This document shows, in pieces, positions 21,501-29,931 of a stretch of 64,000 nucleotides of DNA; position 1 is the stretch's first letter; each line of letters begins with the position of its first letter. Made by a program: the position numbers and the translations under genes. The notes beneath the pieces are model-generated. The model worked only from the letters and a program-made list of their open reading frames with translations, ran no database searches and was not told where the DNA came from. Source of the DNA: an uncultured bacterium (GTDB lineage Bacteria; Bacillota_I; Bacilli_A; RF39; UBA660); the NCBI GenBank assembly GCA_959020415.1, contig CAUERX010000003.1, forward strand, positions 5,783-69,782, written 5' to 3'.

Positions 21501-21941
21501 AAAAACAATAAGAAGGATTTAGCAAGAATTGCTATGGGCTACCCTAATGTCTATGTGGCGCAAGTTAGCTTGGGCGCTAATATGATGCAGGTAATTAGAG
21601 CTTTTGAAGAAGCTGAAAAGCATGACGGCCCTTCAATTATTATTGCTTATACACCTTGTATTTCTCATGGAATTAAAGGTGGAATGAAAGAAAGCGTTAA
21701 TATGGAAGCTTTAGCAACTAAATGTGGTTATTTTCCAATTTTTAGATATGATGGAGAAAATTTTACTTTGGATAGTAAGAATCCTGATTTTAATTTATAT
21801 GAAGAGTTTTTGGGTAATCAAACTCGTTATGCAATGCTAAAGGCTGTTAATAATTCTAAAGCTGATGATTTGCTTTTAGAAAATAAGGAAAACGCTATCA
21901 AGCGATTTGAATATTATAAGAGTTTAACTTCGGAAAAGTAA
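18597..21941 (+). CDS. nifJ: Pyruvate:ferredoxin (flavodoxin) oxidoreductase
   Basis: 1114 aa. Fused PFOR alpha/gamma/delta/beta domains. Two 4Fe-4S ferredoxin motifs (CIQCGMCSMVCP, CTGCGVCINTCP). TPP motif GGDGWAYDIGFGG. Confidence 0.95.
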   Translation: MKKITVDGNEACSLASYMFTEVAGIYPITPSSPMPENIDRWSSMGRKNIFGSPVKVVEMQSEAGAIGMVHGSLQTGLLTSTYTASQGLLLMIPNMYKIAGEMLPCTMHVAARSLATHALSIFGDHQDIYATRSTGFCMLASSSVQDAYYLGLISHLSAIKSSLPFMHFFDGFRTSHEFNKIDILDEKDIKPLLDEKALEKFRKKALSIHNPVTRGTNQNGDIYFQLMESRNNFYDEAVDNVCSYMNEINKLSGMVYLPFNYYGDDNAEKVIVAMGSVCETIKETIDYLGGKIGLIEVHLYRPFSVKHLLDVLPKTVTKIAVLDRTKEAGSNGEPLYLDIVNALSKNGITIVGGRYGLSSKDTTPGMIKAVYDSLENPKNNFTIGIDDDVTNLSLDYRKLDLKNSDEFLLYGYGSDGTVSAAKSIIELIGDNTDKYVQGYFEYDSKKSGGVTVSHLRFSDNKIRSTYFISNPKVVVITKDTYLEDFDPISKIKEDGILIINTLKTEKETLKALNPYKKLLRDKNVKVYIINAYALARKCGLGNKISMIMGSAIFKVTDLIDYDRAIKEMENFINDKFAKKSMDIVKANMLGVKETVNYLKELTPDDEESNLDFELNDIYEAIAHRQGNLLKVSDFKGMEDGTVTHTRPNNRGISDIVPRWLNSNCIQCGMCSMVCPHGVIRPFLLSEEEYKKAPLSIKEKCLPAMGVAEYYYIIGIALENCTGCGVCINTCPGKKGEKALTYEKLAAREDFDYLVKNVTEKTLVRKDTIKGSQFKTPKFAFHGACAGCGETAYIKLLTQLFGDNLMIANATGCSSIYGGSIPDIPYSVPWANSLFEDNAEYGYGMLIGYETARSRVKEYMAKHDDELFTKWLENSNNYQITKEVYDNLDYEKHPMLKELKNYIVSRTIWAIGGDGWAYDIGFGGIDHVLSSGDNINILVLDSQVYSNTGGQASKATPKGAVAQFASDGKKNNKKDLARIAMGYPNVYVAQVSLGANMMQVIRAFEEAEKHDGPSIIIAYTPCISHGIKGGMKESVNMEALATKCGYFPIFRYDGENFTLDSKNPDFNLYEEFLGNQTRYAMLKAVNNSKADDLLLENKENAIKRFEYYKSLTSEK

Positions 21942-21955
21942 TTTTCGAAGTTTTT
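21928..21955 (+). terminator. Rho-independent terminator of PFOR gene
   Basis: CTTCGGAAA-agtaa-TTTTCGAAG hairpin with the stop codon in the loop, followed by TTTTT. Confidence 0.8.
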
Positions 21956-22237
21956 CTTTTTTAAAAGGAAATCTGAAATTGATGTGGTATATTAAAAATA
22001 AGGGATAATGACAAGTAGATGTTTAACTAAATAAAAACATATGTTTTTATGATTAACATATGTTATAATTAAATAAACAAAAAGGACAGTCCCCCCTGAA
22101 GGGCTGTCCAAATAAAAGAATAAAAAGGGGCTGGCTAGTTTACACTAGCGCCAATCCAATATAAATTGAATTGGTGATTAATATAATATCACAAAAATAG
22201 AATATGTCAACAGTTTTTCATAAAAAAGTAAAAAAAG

Positions 22238-24229
22238 GTGATGCGAATGGAATTACAAGAAATAAAAGGAATTAGTGTTAATACCGTAAAAGATTGGAAG
22301 GCACTTGGAATAAATGATGCAATTGATTTAATTACATATTATCCATTTAGATATGAGGTTATTGAAAAAAGTGACATTAATAGTTTGCAAGATGGCGATA
22401 AAATTGTTATCGATGGGGTGGCTGAGAATGTACCTAATGTATATCATTTTTCCAGAAAACTAAATAAGATGTCTTTTAGATTAAATACAGGAGACCGATT
22501 ATTAAATGTAACTATTTTTAATCGTGCTTTTTTGAAACGTAATATTAATCCAGGGACTGAAATTATCGTAATTGGTAAATATGATATTAAACATCACAGT
22601 GTAACAGTTAATGATTTAAAATTTGGAAAGCTTTTTGAAACAATAATTAAACCAGTTTATCATTCATCTTTTAAAATAAATAGTAATAAAATTAACAAAA
22701 CTATTAATGGAGTAATTAAAGATGTTATAGTTCCTGATTATATTCCGAGTAGCTTAAAGGAACAATACAATTTTATGGATAAAAGTAAAGCTATATATTT
22801 AGTTCATAATCCTAGTAATATGACAATGGTAAATAAGGCTATTGATAGACTAAAGTATGAAGAATTATTCTTATTTATGCTTAAAATGAATTATTTGAAA
22901 AATAGCACTAAGGAAGGATATGGCCTTCAACGCTCAGTTGATTATAATCTTGTTTTGGCGGCTATAAATAGTTTGCCATTTGAGCTTACTGATGACCAAC
23001 TTAAGAGTATTAAAGATATTTACGATGATTTGGTTAGTTCTAGGAAAATGAACAGGTTATTACAAGGTGATGTTGGTAGTGGTAAAACAGTAGTAGCGTT
23101 TATTAGCTTATATATAAATTACTTAAGTGGTTATCAGGGGGCATTAATGGCACCAACAGAAATTTTAGCACTTCAGCACTATAATAATATTCAAAAATTA
23201 TTTTCTGGTTTAAAGGCTGTATTACTTACGGGAAAACTTAAGGTAAAGGAACGCCGCGAGTTATTAGCGATAGTCCAAAGCGGAGAAGCGGACATTATTA
23301 TTGGTACTCATGCTTTAATTAGTGGAGATGTAGTTTATAAGAACCTAGGATTAGTTATTACTGATGAGCAACACCGTTTTGGAGTAAACCAACGTGGTAA
23401 CTTAAAAAATAAAGGAATTTCTCCAGATATTTTATATATGAGTGCGACACCGATTCCAAGAACTTATGCTTTAACGCTTTATGGTGATATGGATATTTCT
23501 AGCATTAAAACAATGCCTAACGGGCGTAAGCCAGTTAAGACAATTTTAAAAAGCAATAAGGAAATTAAAGATGTTTTATATATGATGCTTGAGGAAATAA
23601 AAAAAGGGCATCAAATTTATGTTATTGCACCTTTAGTAGAAGACTCTGATAAAATTGATATGGAAAATGTTTATGAACTTGAAGAAAAGATGAATAAGGC
23701 ATTTGGCAAGGTTTGTAATGTTGGCGTTTTGCACGGAAAAATGAAGTCTAATGAAAAAGATGAAGTTATGGATGCTTTTAAGGAAAATAAGATTCAGATT
23801 TTAATTAGTACAACAGTTATTGAAGTTGGTGTCGATGTAGCTAATGCGACAATGATGGTAGTATTTGATAGTTATCGTTTTGGGCTTGCAGCATTACATC
23901 AGCTTAGGGGGCGTGTTGGTCGTAATGATTTAGATTCTTATTGTATTTTAATTAGTGATCGTGAAACTAAAAGGCTAAAAGTTTTAACTGAAACTAATGA
24001 TGGTTTTAAAGTTAGTGAAGAAGATTTTATTTTAAGAGGCAGTGGTGATTTGTTTGGATCTCGTCAAAGTGGGGACATGAGTTTTAAATTAGCGGACATT
24101 AAGAAGGATTATCAATTGTTATTAACGGTTAAAGAAGATAGTGAAAGATTTTTACATAGTCAAGATTATGTAAATAGTGATAACTCTCATATAAGAAAAG
24201 TTATTGAAAAAGCAAGTGGTTTGGACTAG
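22238..24229 (+). CDS. recG: ATP-dependent DNA helicase RecG
   Basis: Wedge/OB N-terminus. SF2 helicase motifs (GDVGSGKT, DEQHRFG, SATPIPRT, QLRGRVGR). The start is ambiguous between GTG 22238, ATG 22241 and ATG 22247. Confidence 0.95.
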   Translation: MMRMELQEIKGISVNTVKDWKALGINDAIDLITYYPFRYEVIEKSDINSLQDGDKIVIDGVAENVPNVYHFSRKLNKMSFRLNTGDRLLNVTIFNRAFLKRNINPGTEIIVIGKYDIKHHSVTVNDLKFGKLFETIIKPVYHSSFKINSNKINKTINGVIKDVIVPDYIPSSLKEQYNFMDKSKAIYLVHNPSNMTMVNKAIDRLKYEELFLFMLKMNYLKNSTKEGYGLQRSVDYNLVLAAINSLPFELTDDQLKSIKDIYDDLVSSRKMNRLLQGDVGSGKTVVAFISLYINYLSGYQGALMAPTEILALQHYNNIQKLFSGLKAVLLTGKLKVKERRELLAIVQSGEADIIIGTHALISGDVVYKNLGLVITDEQHRFGVNQRGNLKNKGISPDILYMSATPIPRTYALTLYGDMDISSIKTMPNGRKPVKTILKSNKEIKDVLYMMLEEIKKGHQIYVIAPLVEDSDKIDMENVYELEEKMNKAFGKVCNVGVLHGKMKSNEKDEVMDAFKENKIQILISTTVIEVGVDVANATMMVVFDSYRFGLAALHQLRGRVGRNDLDSYCILISDRETKRLKVLTETNDGFKVSEEDFILRGSGDLFGSRQSGDMSFKLADIKKDYQLLLTVKEDSERFLHSQDYVNSDNSHIRKVIEKASGLD

Positions 24230-24261
24230 TGTTAAGTAAAGTTAATTAATAGTGAAATTTG

Positions 24262-24290
24262 TTGACTTTTAGAATTAAATAATTTATACT
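24262..24290 (+). promoter_or_regulatory. Near-consensus sigma-A promoter with no CDS behind it
   Basis: TTGACT (24262-67), a 17-nt spacer, then TATACT (24285-90). Confidence 0.6.
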
Positions 24291-24296
24291 TGTAAT

Positions 24297-24391
24297 AGCA
24301 TAGACAGCTGTCTATGTTAGGAAGACTTACGAATATAATGTGAGTATTCCGACCAAAACCCCCTGAAGGCTACCGAAAGGTAGCCATTTTT
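24297..24391 (+). ncRNA. Candidate ~95-nt small RNA (unknown family) downstream of recG; its terminator region carries the IME attachment core
   Basis: It follows the promoter above and has no ORF. Three predicted hairpins: CATAGACAG/CTGTCTATG, GGAAGACTTAC...GTGAGTATTCC, and GGCTACC-gaaa-GGTAGCC plus a T-run. Confidence 0.35.
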
Positions 24392-24481
24392 GTTTATTTA
24401 TGGGTATTTTTTGATATTTTGATAGTACGCTACCCATCATTCTACCCATCAAGTTGATGGTTTATTATAGTTTATATAGGT

Positions 24482-25669
24482 TTAATCAGAAGACTTATCG
24501 TTAAAGTCTTTTTCTAATGAGTCAAAAAATTTAGGAACATTTGCATAATCTTTTTTGACTAAATGGGTATATGTTTCTAATGTTTCTGTTGTTTCTGAGT
24601 GGCCTAGATAATTAGATACAGCGGTAATAGGTGCAGCAGCTGATATTAAAGCACTAGCACAAGAATGTCTAAAATCGTGAATTCTAATATGTCTAAGTCC
24701 AGCTTTCTTACAATAATTATTATTTCTACTGTAAATTTGATGATAGGTTATAGGAGTATCATCTCCAAATACAAACCAGGTTTGTTTAAACTTTGAAAAA
24801 CGTTCATTTGATTTTTTTAATTTAGCTAAGTCTTTTAATAAAACTTCAGGAATGGGAATAGTTCTATTAGATGATTCTGTTTTAGGACTTGCTATATACC
24901 ATGAACTACTAGCGTTATTTCCAGCTAAATTTAAAACTTGTTGAGCTATTGTTAAAGTATGATTCTTAAAATCAATATGTCTCCATTGTAAACCTCTAGC
25001 TTCACTTCTTCTAAGTCCACAGTAATATAATGTTTCAAATAAACATTTATCACGCAAATCATTTATTACTGATATATATTGAAAAAATTCTTGTGGTTCA
25101 TAAAAATCCATTTCTTTTTTTATAGCCCCAGGTGTTTTAAATGGTTCTAATTTATTATAAAATTTTCTTAAATTAAAATCCCATTGTTTTTCAGCAAAGT
25201 TTAATACTTGTTTAATAAATTTCTGTATATCAGTTTTATATTTATCACATAAATTAGTTTTATTCATTTGAGATCTCCATTTTTGATAGTGTTCCCAGTT
25301 CAAATTTACTAATTCTATATTATCTAATAAACCCATATATTTAATTCTATCTCTATATGTCTTTAGAGTAGAGTCTTTTATTTTATCTTTTTGATATTCA
25401 TAATAAAGTGTATATGCTTCTTTAAAAGTCATATGGGGATTAACTTCAACATCTTTATATTTATCTAAATATTCTAGTTCTGCTTTTGTTGCTTCTTCTT
25501 TGGTAAAATAGGCTTGTGATTGATATTGATGTCTTTTACCATCTAATCCTTTACTATATTGTATAAATACCCAAGATCTTCCATCTCTTGTTCGTTTATT
25601 TTCTTTAAGCTGTCTTACGGACATTAATTTATTACCTCCTTTATTAATCCGTAAAATATCGACATACAT
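24482..25669 (-). CDS. int: Tyrosine-type site-specific integrase
   Basis: C-terminal catalytic signature: GLRRSEARGL (Arg), HDFRHSCAS (H-x-x-R), LGHSETTETLETYTH (His...Tyr). N-terminal SAM-like arm/core-binding region. Confidence 0.9.
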   Translation of the reverse strand: MYVDILRINKGGNKLMSVRQLKENKRTRDGRSWVFIQYSKGLDGKRHQYQSQAYFTKEEATKAELEYLDKYKDVEVNPHMTFKEAYTLYYEYQKDKIKDSTLKTYRDRIKYMGLLDNIELVNLNWEHYQKWRSQMNKTNLCDKYKTDIQKFIKQVLNFAEKQWDFNLRKFYNKLEPFKTPGAIKKEMDFYEPQEFFQYISVINDLRDKCLFETLYYCGLRRSEARGLQWRHIDFKNHTLTIAQQVLNLAGNNASSSWYIASPKTESSNRTIPIPEVLLKDLAKLKKSNERFSKFKQTWFVFGDDTPITYHQIYSRNNNYCKKAGLRHIRIHDFRHSCASALISAAAPITAVSNYLGHSETTETLETYTHLVKKDYANVPKFFDSLEKDFNDKSSD

Positions 25670-25813
25670 CTATATTTTACCATTTATTTAATTGTTTTTA
25701 ATGATTATCTAATTAATTTATCGATTTTATCAATAAAAAAGACCAACATAAAGTTGCTCTAATTATCTATAATTATTTTCTTAAATATTTTTATTAAAAA
25801 AATTTAATCTATA

Positions 25814-26308
25814 TTATTTTAATAATCTTAATAGAAAAGAAAATCTCCAATTTAAAGAATTTAATTCATATCTGTGTTCGGCATTAATAATTTCCATTTC
25901 AATATTATCTTTAGTTAATTTATCAATATTATTTTCGATGTTTTTATATGCATTAATTACTTCATTATTGTTAAAAGTGTCTTTTTTTAATTGGTAATCA
26001 ATGTTTTTTAATATATCTTTTTTTATATAATTCTGTTTTGTTTCAATATATAATAAACATTTTTTTAAATTAGTGGTATAGGCTAATAATAAGTCTTTTT
26101 GGATATCATTTAAATTTGTTAAAATGACTATTACAAGTATTTGATAAATTGTATAGCAAGTTATACATCTTTCTATAAAATCATATATCGTAGAAGTTCC
26201 TTTCATAAATGTTGATAAATAAGCAAGTGAGGTTGATACACCAATAACTTCAACTAAATAAATAAAAATCTGTGTTAATGTTTTTGATATAATATATCTT
26301 TTTTTCAT
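25814..26308 (-). CDS. Hypothetical membrane protein (2 TM helices + coiled-coil tail), IME cargo
   Basis: 164 aa. Two N-terminal hydrophobic helices and a K/N/E-rich C-terminal half. No family recognised. Confidence 0.55.
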   Translation of the reverse strand: MKKRYIISKTLTQIFIYLVEVIGVSTSLAYLSTFMKGTSTIYDFIERCITCYTIYQILVIVILTNLNDIQKDLLLAYTTNLKKCLLYIETKQNYIKKDILKNIDYQLKKDTFNNNEVINAYKNIENNIDKLTKDNIEMEIINAEHRYELNSLNWRFSFLLRLLK

Positions 26309-26339
26309 AAGGCATCACTCTTTCTAAAGAAGTATTATA

Positions 26340-27788
26340 TCATAATTCAAAATCATCAGATTTATCTTTATCATATTTTTTATTAATTTTTTTACTTAAA
26401 CTTTTGAAAGAGTAGTGGTCATATTCTTGTTTTTTATCAACATCTAGACCTAGTGTTCTTTTTAGAGCTTTAAATAAATCAGTGGCAACTTCTTTAACAT
26501 TAGAGATTATTTCATTAAATGTTTCTTTTAATTCTGATATTTCTTTTCTAAGTGAATTAATAATTGTATTTTGATAATTTATTGTTTCATCTTTTTCTTC
26601 AATAATTAATTTTTGATTTTCAATAATTTTATCTTTTTCTTGTAAAGTTTTACCTGATTTAAGATTTCTTATTTCGTTATTTAATTTATCAATTTGTTTT
26701 TGTTTATACTTGAGATTAATTTCATTTTGTTCAATTGTTTTATCTTTATTTAAATTATCTTTAGTTACTTCTTTAGAATAATTAGATAAATTGATAATAT
26801 CTTTTTCTTTATATCCAATTATTCTGCCTTTTTCAGGATTTAGAAGGGGATTAGTATCGACATCAGATATTTTATCTTTATATTTTAATTCTACTTTGTT
26901 TAAATCTTTATTTTTGTTATATTCCATTTTTATTAGTTTAGTTTCTGCTCTAAGTTCATCTAAATATTTTTCTGCTTTTGTTTGATGATGTTTATTAGCT
27001 CCAATTTGACCCCTATCAAGATTGAATCCTTTATCATTAATATATTTATTATAATCATCTTGAATTTTAGCAAATGAAGTTTTAAATCCTCGGTCTTTCC
27101 AAAATTGATCGGAATTTAAGAATCTTCCATATTCGATAGTATACATATTTTTTCCGTTTTCATCTTTCTTTTGAATAGGTATTAATTTTTCTTTCCCATC
27201 TTTCCCAACATATGACTTTAATAATTGATGACCATTTTCATCAGTTTCAAATACTTTTCTATGAACTTGATTTACTACTGGAGTAAAATAAAAATGCATA
27301 TGAGGAGTATCTTCGTCAAAATGAATAGCAGAGTAGACTACATTTTCTTTTCCAACTAAATCACACAAAAATTGATGAGAATATTCAAAATAATCTAATA
27401 CTTTTTTCGGAATATCATTTTTATCATTAATAACAACTTTATTTATAGGTTCACCTTTATGATCTCCAGTTAAATGAATCCTACCTGTTTCTTCAAATTT
27501 CATTCCTAATGCTTTGAAAAATTCTTGACCACTTGTTATTACACATCCGTTTAATAAGTTGATTTTTTTATTATTTTTATTAAATTCTACCTTGTTATTA
27601 TAAAGCGTTTTATAAGTTGAACTAGCTAAATTAGTACTACAAAGAGGAACATATTCTATATTAAATTTTGTTCTATTTGTATCGTAATTACCTGTGCCAA
27701 TTCTATCAGTAAGTTCTTTACCAAGACCACCAATATCAGAAGATTTTATTTTGTTTGTTATTGTTAAAACTTGTTTACCAGCAAACAT
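26340..27788 (-). CDS. mob: MobV-family (Mob_Pre) plasmid-recombination/relaxase protein
   Basis: HFDEDTPHMHFYFTPV matches the MobV HxDE..PHxH motif III. Long C-terminal coiled-coil, as in pMV158-type Mob proteins. Confidence 0.8.
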   Translation of the reverse strand: MFAGKQVLTITNKIKSSDIGGLGKELTDRIGTGNYDTNRTKFNIEYVPLCSTNLASSTYKTLYNNKVEFNKNNKKINLLNGCVITSGQEFFKALGMKFEETGRIHLTGDHKGEPINKVVINDKNDIPKKVLDYFEYSHQFLCDLVGKENVVYSAIHFDEDTPHMHFYFTPVVNQVHRKVFETDENGHQLLKSYVGKDGKEKLIPIQKKDENGKNMYTIEYGRFLNSDQFWKDRGFKTSFAKIQDDYNKYINDKGFNLDRGQIGANKHHQTKAEKYLDELRAETKLIKMEYNKNKDLNKVELKYKDKISDVDTNPLLNPEKGRIIGYKEKDIINLSNYSKEVTKDNLNKDKTIEQNEINLKYKQKQIDKLNNEIRNLKSGKTLQEKDKIIENQKLIIEEKDETINYQNTIINSLRKEISELKETFNEIISNVKEVATDLFKALKRTLGLDVDKKQEYDHYSFKSLSKKINKKYDKDKSDDFEL

Positions 27789-27870
27789 AATATAATCCTT
27801 TCGTTAGTTTATGACGTTGTGACATTAGATATTTGGGTGGGATTGTTCTTTTGGTCATTTTATGACCTAT

Positions 27871-28004
27871 CTCACTAGGGCATAGCCCGAAAGTGAGTTA
27901 AGGGAAACCCTTAAAAACCCATTCTTGTTTATAGCAAAGACTTAAGATATACTTAAGCCTAAGCTAATAAACAAGTGCTTATTTATTTTAACGATAAATA
28001 AGCA
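27871..28004 (-). promoter_or_regulatory. Candidate oriT / mob promoter region (cluster of inverted repeats)
   Basis: Nested IR CTCACT-a-GGGC-ata-GCCC-ga-AAGTGAG (27871-97). TTAAGGG-aaa-CCCTTAA (27898-914). CTTAAG-atata-CTTAAG (27941-57). TGCTTATTTAT-N7-ATAAATAAGCA (27976-28004). All sit in the 268-bp gap upstream of mob. Confidence 0.4.
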
Positions 28005-28057
28005 GAAGATGAATCATTATCGCCACTTTCACTTGCAAGCAAGCAAAACGTGCCACA

Positions 28058-29023
28058 TTAATCATCTTCATTTTGCGAAGGCTCTATAAATGTAGCATGA
28101 TATAATCTGCTTTCAGCAGTTCTACATTTAGTGATATGAATACCTTCGCTTTCTAAGAGTTCCAGACTACTATTAAGTAGTCTACCAAATCTCTTAGGTG
28201 ACATTGGTATATTGGCTTTTAACACAATATCAGTACAAGTAAAATCAATTTCTTTTTGACTAGCAACATACTTTATAAAAGAAGTCATTTCATATGAAAG
28301 TTCATCATCTTCAATAGAATTTATTTTTTGAAATATAAGATTATCTAATTTTTTTAATTGGATGTCTAACTCTGGAAAATCTCTATTAATTGTTTGTAAT
28401 TTAACATATCTTTTATTAGATTTATTTTCTATTAAAGTGATTCTACCATCTACTGTTGCATCTAATGCAACACTTCCTAAAGTTTTACCAGTTTTATTTA
28501 GATGATGTGTAACTAAAAAAGTAACATTATATTTATCACAATAAGTTCTTAATTTTGGAAATACCTGCTGAGCAACATCTTGATAATTATTAATGTCATA
28601 TTGAACTCCAAAATCAATATCTTTTAACATATCTAATATTATTAATTTACCATTGTAATCCTCAGCAAAAACTTTAATATCGTATTCTATATCTCTTAAT
28701 GATATATTAGCTTTTGTTTGTCTATCTATTATAAATAGTGAGTCGTTTTTTGCGGAAAGTTCTAGGAATTCTAGACGTTCCTTTAATTGACCAGCATCAG
28801 ATTCTGTGGTAACATATAAAACAGGTGAGTGATTTACTTTTTGTCCTAAAAAAGGTGTTCCGTTAATAACGGAGCAGGAAAGTTGCAGTGCCAACATAGA
28901 CTTTCCTACTTTTGGATTAGAAACTAGTAGATACACGCCTTTAGACTTCATTATATTATTTATGATGATGTCTTTTTTTATGCTTGTATCTACTTTTTCA
29001 ATAGGTTTGAGCAATTTTAACAT
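28058..29023 (-). CDS. RepA/DnaB-like RecA-fold ATPase (AAA_25-type) of the IME
   Basis: Walker A SNPKVGKSM, Walker B LIILDML, 321 aa. This type is commonly paired with integrase and relaxase on small islands. Confidence 0.65.
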   Translation of the reverse strand: MLKLLKPIEKVDTSIKKDIIINNIMKSKGVYLLVSNPKVGKSMLALQLSCSVINGTPFLGQKVNHSPVLYVTTESDAGQLKERLEFLELSAKNDSLFIIDRQTKANISLRDIEYDIKVFAEDYNGKLIILDMLKDIDFGVQYDINNYQDVAQQVFPKLRTYCDKYNVTFLVTHHLNKTGKTLGSVALDATVDGRITLIENKSNKRYVKLQTINRDFPELDIQLKKLDNLIFQKINSIEDDELSYEMTSFIKYVASQKEIDFTCTDIVLKANIPMSPKRFGRLLNSSLELLESEGIHITKCRTAESRLYHATFIEPSQNEDD

Positions 29024-29261
29024 CTCCCTTCAAATTTTTACTTCTTGATTCTAAATAATCAATATCGATATTTAAATATTTAACAACTTCTCGCATTGGT
29101 ACAGCGTTCTTTGGAACATAATAACCTTTACTTTCTAAATCATTTTTGATTTTACTTTTAATAGTTAATGCTGAATTTCTGCCTATATTTGCAAGTTTCA
29201 TTAAATCTGATAAGTTGCACCATTGTTGTGCAATAAGCTTTAAAGTTTCATCTACGGTCAT
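28998..29261 (-). CDS. Small DNA-binding protein (excisionase/HTH-like)
   Basis: 87 aa. Overlaps the downstream ATPase gene. The LSDLMKLANIGRNSALTIKSKI segment is HTH-like. Its position is typical of Xis-type or regulatory proteins. Confidence 0.45.
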   Translation of the reverse strand: MTVDETLKLIAQQWCNLSDLMKLANIGRNSALTIKSKIKNDLESKGYYVPKNAVPMREVVKYLNIDIDYLESRSKNLKGDVKIAQTY

Positions 29262-29274
29262 ATTACACCTCCTT

Positions 29275-29592
29275 TTATCTTTCTAATTCTTCGTATTTTT
29301 CGTATCTTATATCAACAACTTTTTTATATTCATCAGTAGGTTGCATAGAGATACTAAGACCAAGATATGAATCTTTACTAACACATTCTTCTAAGCCAAA
29401 GAAATGTGCATAATCATTTTCCATTAATTCATTAGCAAACTTTATAGTTTCTGCTTTAGTATTAGGATCTAATAGAAGTTGTCTTAATGATGTGGTTACA
29501 TCAAAACATATTAAGCAATATAGTCCTTTAGCTCCTAATGATAACTTAGAATTTTCTAAAACATCATTTCTAATAGAAGTAAAGTATTTCAT
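29275..29592 (-). CDS. Hypothetical wHTH protein (replication-initiator/DnaD-N-terminal-like)
   Basis: FTSIRNDVLENSKLSLGAKGLYCLI resembles the FT-IPN-ll-d--LS--aKglY wHTH seen in phage and plasmid Rep proteins. Start set at ATG 29592, 8 nt after a GGAGGTG RBS that lies inside the longer ORF call. Confidence 0.45.
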   Translation of the reverse strand: MKYFTSIRNDVLENSKLSLGAKGLYCLICFDVTTSLRQLLLDPNTKAETIKFANELMENDYAHFFGLEECVSKDSYLGLSISMQPTDEYKKVVDIRYEKYEELER

Positions 29593-29755
29593 ATATTTTT
29601 TCACCTCCTTCATTATCTAAAAAGGGTAGAGTACTTTCGGGCATAAGCCCTTTTGAAATTTTAGTTATTTCATAACTTGATATATTAGTCATACCATAAC
29701 TCCTCTTTGCCAGTATGAGGATAATTTCTGCCTTGCATTTTTTACTTAATGGCAT
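29570..29755 (-). CDS. Possible small Cro/Xis-like protein (61 aa), uncertain
   Basis: Internal Met of the 91-aa track ORF. Divergent from the XRE gene. Overlaps the next gene by 23 nt. No clear RBS. Confidence 0.25.
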   Translation of the reverse strand: MPLSKKCKAEIILILAKRSYGMTNISSYEITKISKGLMPESTLPFLDNEGGEKIYEILYFY

Positions 29756-29812
29756 ATCGGCGATTTCCACTAAGACTAAGTTTTCAAATAACAAATTTAA
29801 CTTAACATTTCG

Positions 29813-29880
29813 TGTCCGAAATATCAGTCGATTAAAATATAACACTGTCCGAAAAACTTGTCAATACTTTTTGTCCGAAA
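29813..29880 (+). promoter_or_regulatory. Three TGTCCGAAA direct repeats (candidate operators) in the divergent IME control region
   Basis: TGTCCGAAA occurs at 29813-21, 29846-54 and 29872-80. The third lies in the spacer of TTGTCA (29858-63)-N18-TATAGA (29882-87), upstream of the XRE gene. Confidence 0.5.
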
Positions 29881-29931
29881 TTATAGACAACTTTTTAAAA
29901 AAATGATAAAATTAGTTAAGAAGAAGAAAAA

